Shown piece by piece: positions 1-10,074 of a stretch of 64,000 nt of DNA. Position 1 is the stretch's first letter. Every line of letters begins with the position of its first letter. The position numbers and the translations under genes are program-made. Below the pieces are notes generated by a model. That model saw only the letters and a program-made list of their open reading frames with translations, searched no databases and was not told where the DNA came from. Source of the DNA: an uncultured Nitrospiraceae bacterium (GTDB lineage Bacteria; Nitrospirota; Thermodesulfovibrionia; Thermodesulfovibrionales; Dissulfurispiraceae); NCBI GenBank assembly GCA_963705105.1, contig CAVPIW010000007.1, positions 256,001-320,000 on the forward strand, given 5' to 3'.

Positions 1-1
1 C

Positions 2-247
2 CTGTGGACGATCGATGATGCGCTGGACTCGCTGCCCGAGGTCCGGCTGAGCGGGAGCGACCTCAGGAAGGCGAAGAACGGCAACCCGATCAAGCCCCTT
101 CCTCCCGAGCTCTTCGTCATGGGCATACGCGGCGGTGTCCAATTGAAGGGGCAGCGGGTGCGCCTCAAGGACCCCGAGGGCCGCCTCTTTGGCATCGCGA
201 GGGCCGGCGCGGACGAGCTCCGGATCGAGCGGCTCTTCAACATGTAA
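2..247 (+). CDS. 3' end of a CDS entering from the left edge, probably tRNA pseudouridine synthase TruB C-terminus
   Basis: Frame 2 is open to TAA at 245-247: LWTIDDALDSLPEVRLSGSDLRKAKNGNPI...RVRLKDPEGRLFGIA...RIERLFNM, which resembles the TruB C-terminal PUA-like region. Confidence 0.5.
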   Translation: MWTIDDALDSLPEVRLSGSDLRKAKNGNPIKPLPPELFVMGIRGGVQLKGQRVRLKDPEGRLFGIARAGADELRIERLFNM

Positions 248-262
248 ATAAAGGCAGGCACG

Positions 263-940
263 ATGAACCTGACGACACAGAGGGCTCACATCGGATTCTG
301 GGACGCCTTTGCGCCCTGGTACGAGAAGTGGCTCTCCCGGACGGCATACCACCATCCTATCGTTCATGAGATAAGCGGCATGCTGGAGCCGGGCTGGAGT
401 GTCCTTGACATAGGCGCCGGGACAGGTGTCCTCTCCCTCCCATTGACCGCATTGGGGTGCACCGTCGAGGCCGTCGAGCCCTCGGAGGGCATGAGGCGGA
501 TATTCACGGAGAAGCTGAATTCGCTGAGGGTGACGGGCGTCGACATCTCTCCTGAGCGATGGGAGACCTATAGGCGGTCCGAAGGGAAGGCCCCGGACCT
601 CATCGTCGCCTGCAACAGCCTGCACCTCGTCGACGGTGGCATCATGGCGGCCATGGAGAAGGTGTTCGCCCAGGGAGCGGGCAACCTCTGCCTCGTCACG
701 GAGATCAACCTGGACAGGTTTGTCGACTTTAAGGAAATCGGGAGGCTGCAGAGGGATTACGACTTTCTGTACATAAAGAATTTCACCGTCGACAGCACCT
801 TCTACTTCGACTCCATGGACGAGGTGCCGGACCTGTCGGAACTCCTCGGCAGGAACATCGACGCGGTCACGACGAGAAACGCCGTCTTCGAGCGCGACAG
901 CACAGACATCGCCCTGCTGTGGTGGGAGAGGAGAACATAA
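263..940 (+). CDS. Class I SAM-dependent methyltransferase
   Basis: VLDIGAGTG motif I, VEPSEGM. Confidence 0.85.
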   Translation: MNLTTQRAHIGFWDAFAPWYEKWLSRTAYHHPIVHEISGMLEPGWSVLDIGAGTGVLSLPLTALGCTVEAVEPSEGMRRIFTEKLNSLRVTGVDISPERWETYRRSEGKAPDLIVACNSLHLVDGGIMAAMEKVFAQGAGNLCLVTEINLDRFVDFKEIGRLQRDYDFLYIKNFTVDSTFYFDSMDEVPDLSELLGRNIDAVTTRNAVFERDSTDIALLWWERRT

Positions 941-1135
941 CGCAGCAACCGGCTTGCACGTATATTAAAAGCGGGGCGGAGCGCCTCTGATTGCACTGCC
1001 CGTCAAGCCGGTTGTATTGCAGATCACATATTGCGCTGCAGTGGCATATGCAATATACTTAGACGGTGCGGGCTCCAGGCGCCGCCCGGTTCGTCCATCG
1101 GACGGACGACGACATCATTCAGCGAGGTGGAAACT

Positions 1136-1603
1136 ATGAAGCGCACAGTCGTGATCGTTCTTGTTCTGATGTCTGTCGCAATGATTCTTCCCTTTACCGC
1201 CCAGGCGGATGATCCAAACATCTGCATCAGACTGACGCCGGAGGCAAGTGCAGTGGGAGCTCCTGTGGTCATCCTTGACGTGTTCGCGAGCAACAAGGCC
1301 GGCAGCAGGGCCACGGTCTACGGTCTGAACGGGACCGCTTCGTCGACGATCCAGTCATCGAACCCGCCGACGGAGCTCTTTTACCTCCTGAGCGGCACTG
1401 CCTATGTCACGACGAGGACGACCATCGAGCTCTCCCTGACCGGCACTGCTGAAGACGAGACCTGCGACTGCATCAGGGAATCGGTTTTCCACGTCATATT
1501 TGACGGCAAGAACGACCGCTATTTTCAGACGATCAAAGGCGCCAGAAACGTCGTCGTCACCGGCACGGCGGACGTTTCGCGGGATTGCGGCAAGAAGAAG
1601 TAA
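1136..1603 (+). CDS. Secreted hypothetical protein
   Basis: GAGGTGG RBS, signal peptide MKRTVVIVLVLMSVAMILPFTAQA, several Cys. Confidence 0.7.
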   Translation: MKRTVVIVLVLMSVAMILPFTAQADDPNICIRLTPEASAVGAPVVILDVFASNKAGSRATVYGLNGTASSTIQSSNPPTELFYLLSGTAYVTTRTTIELSLTGTAEDETCDCIRESVFHVIFDGKNDRYFQTIKGARNVVVTGTADVSRDCGKKK

Positions 1604-1607
1604 GAAA

Positions 1608-1643
1608 AGGATTGCGGCGGAAGCGGGGAGGTGCCGCAATCCT
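1608..1643. terminator. Hairpin after the secreted-protein gene
   Basis: AGGATTGCGGC...GCCGCAATCCT 11-bp inverted repeat just after the stop codon. Confidence 0.55.
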
Positions 1644-1679
1644 CGTCATTAATCGCTATGTGAACAAGTAAGTACGGAC

Positions 1680-2045
1680 CTATGTTCGGCGCTTGAAAAG
1701 CACCCTTTTCCCGATAAGCATACTGACCTCGTGAAGCGTGTCGGGGTGGTTGAGCTCTTTCCAGTTCTTGTGAACAAACTTATCCTTCCAAAAGGTCTCC
1801 TGATGCCTGCCATACACCCATACCCCCTCCCTTGATGCCAAGACAAAGGTGCCTGATCTCAAGTGCAAGGCATATGACTTCGCCTAGTCGAAGGCGTCGT
1901 TAAGAAGCATATCTGTCCCATGGGAGTATTTCGCTTCCAGAACCATCCGGGCTGAGTCACCGTCGCGAGTGGTCACGTGGCCAAAAACGTAATCAGGGAT
2001 CATCCTTTCCCGGCGACCAAGATGGAGCCGAACTTGTAAATCATT
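1680..2045 (-). pseudogene. C-terminal fragment of a PD-(D/E)XK restriction-endonuclease (HsdR_N-like) protein with an internal stop
   Basis: Minus-frame translation ERMIPDYVFG...MVLEAKY...DAFD*AKSYALHL...WKELNHPD; TAG at 1884-1886 stands where the Q of QxxSY is expected; no 5' end. Confidence 0.7.
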
Positions 2046-2185
2046 TTACCCGAAAGTTTCTCGACTCCCTTCTTTCTTGCTTGACTCACTGCATTCTTTC
2101 CGAATAAGATGAGATACGATGAAATCGTAAATTGAAGAGTAATGGCTGGCAATAACAACGAAACACAGGATCAGTGAGGCTATAC

Positions 2186-2386
2186 ATGACAAGGGTACAG
2201 GAGATCGAGAAGACAATCCTTTCCCTCCCGAGAAAGGAATACGAGGAACTCAGACGTTGGTTCCTGGAAAGGGACTGGGACGAATGGGATCGGGACATCG
2301 AGAATGATTCAAGGACAGGAAAGCTCGATTTTCTGATACAGGAGGCAGCTGCGGCGAAGCGCAAGGGAAAGCTCCGCGATCTCTAA
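2186..2386 (+). CDS. Putative antitoxin
   Basis: 66 aa, WDEWDRDIEND...GKLDFL; directly upstream of a ParE/RelE-like toxin. Confidence 0.7.
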   Translation: MTRVQEIEKTILSLPRKEYEELRRWFLERDWDEWDRDIENDSRTGKLDFLIQEAAAAKRKGKLRDL

Positions 2387-2387
2387 G

Positions 2388-2672
2388 ATGCACCGAGCCA
2401 CAGAGCAATTCTGGGATCGTTACGGGCGATTACCTCAAGATGTCCGGGATCTTGCCGACAAGAGCTTTCAACTCTTAAAGGAGAACCCCGGACATCCATC
2501 TCTCCGGTTCAAGAAGGTCGGTGGGTTTTGGTCGGCGCGAGTCGGATTGGGGCACAGAGCTCTTGCGGTGGAGGACGGCTCTGACTTTATCTGGGTTTGG
2601 ATCGGCAATCACGACGAGTACGACGCAATGATCCGACAGCGCCCCGGCGGGCAAAGAGGCGTCAGACCTTGA
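2388..2672 (+). CDS. ParE/RelE-superfamily toxin
   Basis: NPGHPSLRFKKV...WSARVG...HRALA...WVWIGNHDEY. Confidence 0.8.
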   Translation: MHRATEQFWDRYGRLPQDVRDLADKSFQLLKENPGHPSLRFKKVGGFWSARVGLGHRALAVEDGSDFIWVWIGNHDEYDAMIRQRPGGQRGVRP

Positions 2673-2824
2673 ATTGTGACTTTATGCCATCAACCTTCTG
2701 GCCGCTCTACCATCCTTCACTTTGCGGGATTCAAAAGGACATATCTGCTCGCCTGCGAGACAGGCGTCCTTGTCAACGCCCCGGGGTATTCGATGCTTAG
2801 CGGCCTGCCCATGGGGTGATTTCA

Positions 2825-3113
2825 CCTCATCGTTGCAAAAACACTCCCAGGAAAGGCGGGGTGAATGCGCCGAAAACCTTGATGCGGTGACACCTTAACC
2901 TTCACAGAAGATAGCATGCAAGCCGATGGTCGATCACACATACAGTTGAATCCTGCAGGGGCCGTTCCCCGAACGGCCCGACATGAATGCCGCGCCCCAT
3001 ATGGATCATTTCAGGCAAAGGGCTGAACAAAATTAACCCTTTACGGACACTCACACTGACACTGACACTGTTTTTCAGAGTGCTTCGCTCCGCCTTTCAA
3101 TGTAGCTACCGGG
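2825..3113. mobile_element. Modular MITE copy 1 (long end-B ... REP-like insert ... A-short end)
   Basis: CCTCATCGTTGCA...GGAAAGGCGGGG left end, CCGCCTTTC...TACCGGG right end, perfect TTCA duplication at 2821-2824 and 3114-3117. Confidence 0.85.
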
Positions 3114-3128
3114 TTCACACCAAACGGT

Positions 3129-4580
3129 CTATATAACGTAGAGGTCCACGTACTCGTGCACCGGCATGACCTCCAGCCTGCCGCGGTCGAGCGACGCGTC
3201 CAGGATCGCCTGCTGCTGCTTCTGCGGGAAGCGCCGGGCAAGGTTGGTCCGGAACTTTTCCACCAGAACCGGCATGCCTTCCCCGCGGCGGCGGCGGTGG
3301 CCGATGGGGTACTCGACCACGATCTCCGGCAGCGCCGTTCCGTCGTTCAGTTCCACGGTCAGGCCGTTGGCAATGGACCGCTTCTCCGGGTCGTGGTAAT
3401 CCTTCGTGAATTGAGGGTCTTCGAAGCACGTAATCTTGTCGCGCAGCGCATCTATTCGGGGGTCCTCAGCAACGCTGTCCTCGTAATCGGCCGCGGTGAG
3501 TCTGCCGAAGAGGAGGGGCACCGCCACCATATACTGGATGCAGTGGTCGCGGTCCGCCGGGTTGTTGAGCGGCCCCTTCTTGTCGATGATGCGGATCGCC
3601 GCCTCGTGGGTGCGGATACTGATCTTCCTGATGTCCGCCGCGCTGCGGCCCATGCCCTTGAGCTTCTCGTGGAGGCTCATGGCGCATTCCACAGCGGTCT
3701 GGGAGTGAAACTCCGCAGGGAAGGAAATCTTGAAGAGCACATGCTCCATGACGTAGGAGCCGTAGGGACGCTGAAACGCAAAGGACTTCCCCTTGAAGAG
3801 CACGTCGTAGAAGCCCCAGCCTTTGGCGGTGAGGACGCCGGGAATGCCCATCTCCCCCTTCAGCGAGAAGTGCGCGAGCCGGACGGCGCGGCTCGTCGCG
3901 TCACCGGCTGCCCAGGACTTGCGGGAGCCGGTATTCGGCGCATGGCGGTAGGTGCGAAGCGACTGACCGTCGACGAAGGCCTGTGATACGGCGTGTATCA
4001 CCTCGTCACGCGTCCCGCCCATGAGCCAGGCGCAGACAGCGGCAGATGCGACCTTGACGAGCACCACGTGGTCGAGGCCGACGCGGTTGAAGGCGTTCTC
4101 CAGGGCTATGACGCCCTGTATCTCATGGGCCTTGATCATCGCCTCGAGCACGGTCTTCATGATGAGGGGGTCCTTTCCCTGTGCGACGCCGGTACGGGAA
4201 AGCCAGTCCGCCGTGGCAAGGATGCCCCCGAGGTTGTCCGACGGATGGCCCCACTCCGCCGCCAGCCAGGTGTCGTTGAAGTCAAGCCACCGGATCATGG
4301 CGCCGATGTTGAAGGCCGCCTGGACGGGGTCGAGCTGGAACTGCGTGCCAGGTACTTTCGCGCCGTTCGGGACGACGGTGCCCGGCACGACCGGGCCCAG
4401 CAGCTTCGTGCAGGCGGGATAGCCGAGCGCCTCCATGCCGCAGCCGATGGTGTCAATGAGGCAGTAGCGCGCCGTTTCATAGGCCTCGCCGGATGTGATC
4501 GTGTAATCCCTGACATAGTCGGCGATGTCGGCAAGCACTTTGTCGGGTTCGGGTCTGACGTTAGAGATGTATGAACTCAT
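3129..4580 (-). CDS. prpD: 2-methylcitrate dehydratase
   Basis: [45 protein letters not shown]. Confidence 0.97.
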   Translation of the reverse strand: MSSYISNVRPEPDKVLADIADYVRDYTITSGEAYETARYCLIDTIGCGMEALGYPACTKLLGPVVPGTVVPNGAKVPGTQFQLDPVQAAFNIGAMIRWLDFNDTWLAAEWGHPSDNLGGILATADWLSRTGVAQGKDPLIMKTVLEAMIKAHEIQGVIALENAFNRVGLDHVVLVKVASAAVCAWLMGGTRDEVIHAVSQAFVDGQSLRTYRHAPNTGSRKSWAAGDATSRAVRLAHFSLKGEMGIPGVLTAKGWGFYDVLFKGKSFAFQRPYGSYVMEHVLFKISFPAEFHSQTAVECAMSLHEKLKGMGRSAADIRKISIRTHEAAIRIIDKKGPLNNPADRDHCIQYMVAVPLLFGRLTAADYEDSVAEDPRIDALRDKITCFEDPQFTKDYHDPEKRSIANGLTVELNDGTALPEIVVEYPIGHRRRRGEGMPVLVEKFRTNLARRFPQKQQQAILDASLDRGRLEVMPVHEYVDLYVI

Positions 4581-4615
4581 TGTTTCTCATCCTTTCAACA
4601 GTCTGGAGCCTGTCA

Positions 4616-5785
4616 TTACCGGTCCTTGATCGGCACATACGACCGGTCGTCGGGGCCGGTGTAGTTGGCTGACGGCCGGATGATCTTGTTGTCCATGCGC
4701 TGTTCGATCGTGTGCGCGCCCCAGCCGGTGGTGCGCGAGATCACAAAGACCGGCGTGAACAGGGGCGTGGGGATGCCGAGCATATGGTAGGCCACGGCAG
4801 AGTACCAGTCGAGGTTCGCGAACATGTTCTTTTCGCGTTTCATGACCATTTCGATCCGGTCTGCGATGTTGTGGAGGTTCACGTTGCCGCCGTCCTCGCA
4901 CAGGCCCCTGGCGATCGCCTTGATGACGGGGTTCCGCGGATCGCTCACAGTGTAGACCGGATGGCCGAAGCCGATGACGATCTCTTTCCGGGCCACGCGC
5001 GCCATGATGTCAGCCTCCGCGTCGTCCGGCGTCCGGTAGCGCCGCTGGATCTCATGGGCCGCCTCATTCGCGCCGCCGTGCTTGGGGCCGCGCAGCGCAC
5101 CGATTGAGCCGGTGACCGCCGAGTAGATGTCCGACAGGGTCCCGGCGATGACACGCGTGGTGAACGTGGATGCCGCGAACTCATGTTCGGCATAGAGGAT
5201 AAGGGACTGGTCCAGCGCCTTCTGATGCAGAGCGGAGGGCTTCCTGCCGTGCATGAGGTGCAGGAAGTGGCCGGCCACGGTCTCGTCGTCCGTTTCAACC
5301 TCAATCCGGCGCCCGTTCTGGGAGAAGTGCCACCAGTAGAGCAGCATGGAACCGAAGGACGCGATCAGGCGGTCAACGATGTCCCGCGCGCTCTGTACGT
5401 TCTGGTCCTCCTTCTCGGGCAGGACCGTGCCGAGGGCGGAGCAGGCCGTGCGCATCACGTCCATGGGATGGGCCGCTGCCGGGATGTGCTCCAGGATGGC
5501 GCGCACATGGGAAGGAATGCCCCGGAGCTGAATCAGCTTCTTTTTATAGTCCTTGAGCTGCGACTCCGTCGGGAGGCCTTCGTGAATGAGGAGATGAGCC
5601 ACCTCCTCGAAGGTCGATTTCTTTGCGAGCTCAACGATGTCAAAACCCCGGTAGTGCAAGTCGTTCCCGGTGCGGCCCACGGTGCAGATCGCCGAATTGC
5701 CCGCAACCACGCCGGAGAGGACGACTGACTTCTTCACTTTTGGGGCAGCGGCGTCCGCTGCCGGTGTGCCTGTGCTGCTGCTCAT
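4616..5785 (-). CDS. prpC: 2-methylcitrate synthase
   Basis: Citrate synthase motifs GPKHGGANE and GFGHPVY; located between prpB and prpD. Confidence 0.93.
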   Translation of the reverse strand: MSSSTGTPAADAAAPKVKKSVVLSGVVAGNSAICTVGRTGNDLHYRGFDIVELAKKSTFEEVAHLLIHEGLPTESQLKDYKKKLIQLRGIPSHVRAILEHIPAAAHPMDVMRTACSALGTVLPEKEDQNVQSARDIVDRLIASFGSMLLYWWHFSQNGRRIEVETDDETVAGHFLHLMHGRKPSALHQKALDQSLILYAEHEFAASTFTTRVIAGTLSDIYSAVTGSIGALRGPKHGGANEAAHEIQRRYRTPDDAEADIMARVARKEIVIGFGHPVYTVSDPRNPVIKAIARGLCEDGGNVNLHNIADRIEMVMKREKNMFANLDWYSAVAYHMLGIPTPLFTPVFVISRTTGWGAHTIEQRMDNKIIRPSANYTGPDDRSYVPIKDR

Positions 5786-6672
5786 GATTTTGCCTCCTTG
5801 GAAAAGATCGCATCGAGTTTTTGTTCATAGGCATGGTAGCCGAGATGATCGTAGAGTTCCTCGCGGGTCTGCATCAGGTCCACAACATTCTTCTGGGAAC
5901 CGTCCTTCCGGATCGCCCCATAAACCGCCAGGGCGGCCTTGCTCATGGCACGGAAGGCGGAGAGGGGGTAGAGGACGAGGCTCACGCCGGCGCCGCGCAG
6001 CTCTTCGACGGTAAAGAGGGACGTTGAGCCGAATTCCGTGATGTTGGCCAGGATAGGAACATTAACGGCCTGCGCGAACTGCCTGTACGTTTCCAAATCC
6101 TTCACCGCCTCAGGAAAGATCATGTCCGCGCCGGCCTCGACGCATGCAGCGGCCCGCGCGACGGCTGCTTCGAGCCCTTCGACGGCAATGGCATCTGTTC
6201 TGGCCATAATGACGAAGCCGGGGTCGGTCCGGGCATCAACGGCTGCCTTGACCCGGTCCACCATCTCCTCCTTCGGCACGATCGCCTTGCCCGGCCGGTG
6301 GCCGCATCGCTTCGCCTGGACCTGGTCCTCCATGTGGACTGCTGCGGCCCCGAACTTGATCATAGATTTGATCGTACGGCCGATATTGAATGCGCCGCCC
6401 CATCCGGTGTCGATGTCCACGAGAACGGGAAGGTCCGTGATGTCGGTGATGCGACGGACATCGGTCAGGACGTCATCCATGGTGCTGATACCCAGATCGG
6501 GGATCCCGAGGGAACTGGCGGCAACGCCGCCTCCCGACACATAGAGCGCCCTGAATCCCGAGTGTTCGGCAAGCCTGGCTGCATAGGCGTTCACGACGCC
6601 GACGACCTGAAGCGGCCGTTCGGCCTTGACGCCGGCGCGGAAGCGGGTGCCCGGTGAATTCTGCTGCGTCAT
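5782..6672 (-). CDS. prpB: Methylisocitrate lyase
   Basis: [25 protein letters not shown]; start MTQQ after GAGGTGAG. Confidence 0.96.
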   Translation of the reverse strand: MTQQNSPGTRFRAGVKAERPLQVVGVVNAYAARLAEHSGFRALYVSGGGVAASSLGIPDLGISTMDDVLTDVRRITDITDLPVLVDIDTGWGGAFNIGRTIKSMIKFGAAAVHMEDQVQAKRCGHRPGKAIVPKEEMVDRVKAAVDARTDPGFVIMARTDAIAVEGLEAAVARAAACVEAGADMIFPEAVKDLETYRQFAQAVNVPILANITEFGSTSLFTVEELRGAGVSLVLYPLSAFRAMSKAALAVYGAIRKDGSQKNVVDLMQTREELYDHLGYHAYEQKLDAIFSKEAKS

Positions 6673-6698
6673 GATACTCACCTCTTTGTCCGGATTAC

Positions 6699-6923
6699 CA
6701 TTAGTGTCCAAAATAACGTGGCACGAGGATAGGACGTGCTTTCTTGGCAAAATAGACATTGTCGTTGCATAGAAAGGCGGGGCGAAGCGCTCTGAAAAAT
6801 AGTGACAGTGACAGTGTGAGTGTCAGCATATTCCCACCTTTCTTATTATGGTACGGTGTCGCCGCATCAAGGTTTTCAGCGCACACACCCCGCCTTTCCA
6901 GAGTCCCTATCGCAACGACAAGA
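6699..6923. mobile_element. Modular MITE copy 2 (A+B, 6757-6923) inserted in an older H-type arm
   Basis: TTGCATAGAAAGGCGGGG...CCCCGCCTTTCC...CGCAACGACAAG; flanks match the H arm seen at about 48150-48220. Confidence 0.8.
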
Positions 6924-7128
6924 TCGTTTCCCTTTGTCACAAATTCTATCATTAACTTGATTCTAGTGCAAATAATCGATCAAAATACCGGCGTTGAGTA
7001 CAAGTGACGGACGGGTCACCTTGTAGATGAAGAGGGAAACATGCATGGCCCGCTTTTCATCCTGAATAATGAACATACTTTACCGGCCGGCGCCGACCGG
7101 CTGGATCACGATTGTAAGGAGTCCTGCC

Positions 7129-7668
7129 ATGGCGAATAAACCAGTGAAGAAGACCGTCGTGACAAAGAAGAAGGAGGTCGTGAAGAAAAGCGAGACGGCT
7201 CCGGCAAGGCGGACTGTGACTGCGAGAGCGGCCGCGCCGAAGAGGGGTGCCGCGGAGTTCAGCGTGAAAACCGGTATGGAGATCACTGCCATGTTCCCGG
7301 ACACCATTGGCCTGACCGCGAAGGTTGCCGAGGCAGTGGCGGCTGAAAATGTGAACATCCTTGCGGCTACGGGATATTCGGCCAGCGGCTTTCGCGAGAA
7401 GGCGACCTTCACGCTTGTCGTGGACGACTATGCCCGGGCCGAGCAGGCCCTGCAGCGCATCGGCGCCAACGAGATCCATCAGTCCACGGTACTGCTCGTG
7501 GAAACGCCGAACCGGGTCGGCGCGCTTGAACGCATCGCAAAGCTCATCGCCGGCGCGGGCATCAATATTTTCTATTTCTACGCCACCACCAGTTCGGGCG
7601 ACACGGCGACCACCGTCATGAAGACGGCAGACGACACGAAGGCGATCAAGGTGCTGAAGAAGGCATAG
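7129..7668 (+). CDS. Tandem ACT-domain protein with Lys-rich N-terminal extension
   Basis: PDTIGLTAKV...NVNILA and PNRVGALERIA...GINI ACT motifs; AAGGAG RBS. Confidence 0.85.
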   Translation: MANKPVKKTVVTKKKEVVKKSETAPARRTVTARAAAPKRGAAEFSVKTGMEITAMFPDTIGLTAKVAEAVAAENVNILAATGYSASGFREKATFTLVVDDYARAEQALQRIGANEIHQSTVLLVETPNRVGALERIAKLIAGAGINIFYFYATTSSGDTATTVMKTADDTKAIKVLKKA

Positions 7669-7672
7669 TGTA

Positions 7673-7884
7673 CCTTCCCGTTGCATGAAAAGGCGGGACA
7701 GAGTGCCTCAAAGCCTTGCTGACAGCGAGCATGATCATCTGAAATTGGACATTGGGGATTCCACCCTTTGTGTCATCAACCGTCATCCTGACATGATCCG
7801 TATGGAAAGGCAGAGGTTTCGCAGCACCAAGGCTTTTCGGCATCTTCGCCCCGCCTTTCCGGAGGCCCTATTGCAACGATAATG
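7673..7884. mobile_element. Modular MITE copy 3 (C+D)
   Basis: CCTTCCCGTTGCATGAAAAGGCGGG...CCCCGCCTTTCCGG...TTGCAACGATAATG; flanks TGTA/TTCA. Confidence 0.85.
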
Positions 7885-8014
7885 TTCAGCGTCCAGTGAC
7901 GTACTCTTGAGGATAATCCAAACAGGGGCCGCTCTCGGAAAAACGGAGGTCGTCCCACGCCGGAGACCTCCGCGTTTCTGAGATCAATCGGAACCTGACA
8001 GCCCTATTGCGGAA

Positions 8015-8413
8015 CTATTTTGCGAGTGCCTTTAACGCCTTGGCATCATCGGCCGTCGACAGGATGGCCGTGCAGGTCTTGCCGGTGAATGCCGTGCCGT
8101 ACGTGTAATTGATGTTGACACCCGCCGCGGCGATCTTCTGCGCGGCCTTCTGCATCTCTCCCGGCTTGTTCGACATCTCGAGGGCGATCACACTCTCTTC
8201 CTTCACGGCGGCGCCCATTTTTGCGATCGCCTTTTTCGCCTTCGCGTTGCCGTCGGTGATGAGCATGAACTCTGCCTTCCCATTCATCGCATAGGCGCAA
8301 CTGGCGACGATGTTCACCTTTGCGGCAGCGATTGCGGCCGCAATGTCGGACAGGAGACCGGGCCTGTCATCCATCACAAACTGGAGCTGTTTTTCCTTCC
8401 GAGCCTTTGCCAT
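8015..8413 (-). CDS. Tandem ACT-domain protein
   Basis: DDRPGLLSDI...VNI and NKPGEM...GVNINYTY; GGAGG RBS. Confidence 0.9.
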   Translation of the reverse strand: MAKARKEKQLQFVMDDRPGLLSDIAAAIAAAKVNIVASCAYAMNGKAEFMLITDGNAKAKKAIAKMGAAVKEESVIALEMSNKPGEMQKAAQKIAAAGVNINYTYGTAFTGKTCTAILSTADDAKALKALAK

Positions 8414-8707
8414 ACACCCACCTCCATCAGATTTTTCTTACATTAATATCAGAAAAGCGAGAGGAATTCAAGAATTATTTTTTCACATTGTGATTCATGC
8501 CCATCATCACATTTCCCCCCTTGTCAACAAATGCTTGGCACTCTTACTTCCCTCACCTGCCGATTCTATTACTTGATTGTTGCCTCAACATGTTGATATG
8601 CCGGTCTTTCTGTTGTCTTTCTGTTTGACATAACCTATCTTTTCCGATAAGATTTAAATGTCATCGATAGCCAATAAATAATGATAGACTGACAAAGACC
8701 CGAGCCT

Positions 8708-8944
8708 ATGTTCAGAAACCCACAGAATGCTTGGCTTCTTCTCGGTGATCAAGCATCGTACTTCACGCCCTCTGAATTACGAAAGGTCAGACGGCAAAAT
8801 GAAAAGGGGCGAATTGAATCGTGGACGTGTTCTCCGCGGGTCGAAGAGGGAGATCTCCTCTTCATCTATTTCACCTCTCCGCGAAGTGCTGTCCATTTCG
8901 TCTCGCGTGCGATATCACGACCGCATGTCGCTACCCACCACTGA
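8708..8944 (+). pseudogene. Truncated EVE/PUA-like N-terminal fragment, probably from a restriction-type protein
   Basis: AWLL...WTCSPRVEEGDLLFIYFTSPRSAV then an abrupt end; lower-GC context. Confidence 0.45.
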
Positions 8945-9096
8945 TGCTCAGAAACCTGACTTATTGAGTTTACTCCCATCGTCCGGTCGCGACTTGCCTT
9001 CAGCTCTCACTTGTGATAGCATCCATTAGAATGAGTGTTCTGCGGACAGCAACTGACATTTGCCAACTGTAGTATGACGATTACGGAGGGTAGTGG

Positions 9097-9402
9097 ATGA
9101 GGCCGGTTGTTCAGGATCGTGAAAGCGTTCTTGAGGTATTGAGAACATACAAACAAGAGTTTGAGCGGCTATATGGTATTACAGCAATAGGAGTATTCGG
9201 TTCAGTGGCCAGGGGCGAGACCTGTCAGGGCAGTGACGTGGACGTTGTTGTGCAAATGAGAGAGCCCAACCTTTATTACATGGTACACATCAAGGATGCG
9301 CTTGAAAAAGCATTCCACGTACATGTAGACATTATTCGTTACCGTGAAAAGATGAACCCCTTCCTGAAAAAACGAATCGATAGGGATGCGGTATATGTCT
9401 GA
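9097..9402 (+). CDS. MNT minimal nucleotidyltransferase antitoxin
   Basis: FGSVARGE...SDVDVVV motif. Confidence 0.9.
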   Translation: MRPVVQDRESVLEVLRTYKQEFERLYGITAIGVFGSVARGETCQGSDVDVVVQMREPNLYYMVHIKDALEKAFHVHVDIIRYREKMNPFLKKRIDRDAVYV

Positions 9403-9781
9403 CCCCAACCTGGCAATTGAGATTCTTGAGCAGATACTCGAAGCCACCCTCAGGATCGAGCGCCGCTTTGGTCCTATCCGTCAACCCGATGATTTCCTGG
9501 CCACCGATGAGGGGATTGATCGCCTCGACGCAATCAGCATGATGCTGATCGCCATTGGCGAGAGTCTGAAACACCTGGACCGGGTGACCAGCGGGGAACT
9601 GCTGCTGAAATATCCCGGCGTGGACTGGAAAGGCGCAAAGGGGGCGCGGGACGTCATCTCACATCACTATTTCGACATAGACGCTGAAGAGGTCTTCAAC
9701 ATCTGTCGGAATGATATTCCCGCATTGATCAGAACCGTTAAAGAGATGATTGAGGACCTGAAACGCGGTGCCACCTCCTGA
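9395..9781 (+). CDS. HEPN (DUF86/HepT-like) ribonuclease toxin
   Basis: IGESLK, RDVISHHY (Rx4H) motif; overlaps the MNT stop. Confidence 0.9.
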   Translation: MSDPNLAIEILEQILEATLRIERRFGPIRQPDDFLATDEGIDRLDAISMMLIAIGESLKHLDRVTSGELLLKYPGVDWKGAKGARDVISHHYFDIDAEEVFNICRNDIPALIRTVKEMIEDLKRGATS

Positions 9782-9819
9782 AATGCTCCGTGAAACCACG
9801 TGAACATCTCAGGAGGGCA

Positions 9820-9996
9820 TCACGGCGAGCTGCGAGCTGTCGTCGTCTTGTCCCGGAGCAGGAGCACCCCTTTCCTGATGAGAAAACCGACGGAGATGAT
9901 GGCGATGACGACGAGGAGGATAGACCCGAGGAAACCGACGGCGATGAGCATGACTGCGCTCAGGAGGACTTTCACGAACTTGCCGATTGCGCTCAT
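9820..9996 (-). CDS. Small 58-aa membrane protein (below the ORF-track cutoff)
   Basis: MSAIGKFVKVLLSAVMLIAVGFLGSILLVVIAIISVGFLIRKGVLLLRDK...; host-like GC3; TAAAAT 6 nt upstream of the ATG. Confidence 0.65.
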   Translation of the reverse strand: MSAIGKFVKVLLSAVMLIAVGFLGSILLVVIAIISVGFLIRKGVLLLRDKTTTARSSP

Positions 9997-10008
9997 GGTC
10001 AGATTTTA

Positions 10009-10070
10009 CCTCATCGTTGCAATACACTTTCAGGAAGGGCGGGGTGTATGCGCCGAAAACCTTGATGCGG
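10009..10070. mobile_element. Solo long end + B arm of the modular MITE
   Basis: TTTA|CCTCATCGTTGCAATACAC...GGCGGGGTGTATGCGCCGAAAACCTTGATGCGG. Confidence 0.75.
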
Positions 10071-10074
10071 ACGC

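Noticed and set aside
948..990. Additional MITE copy (TTGCA...AAAAGCGGGGCGGAGCGCCTC; a similar trace at about 21119-21135)
   Set aside because: Only a degenerate short end with no partner end, so it was not counted.
2825..6923. Composite transposon carrying prpBCD between two MITEs
   Set aside because: Copy 1 has its own perfect TTCA duplication and the outer flanks do not match, so the insertions were independent.
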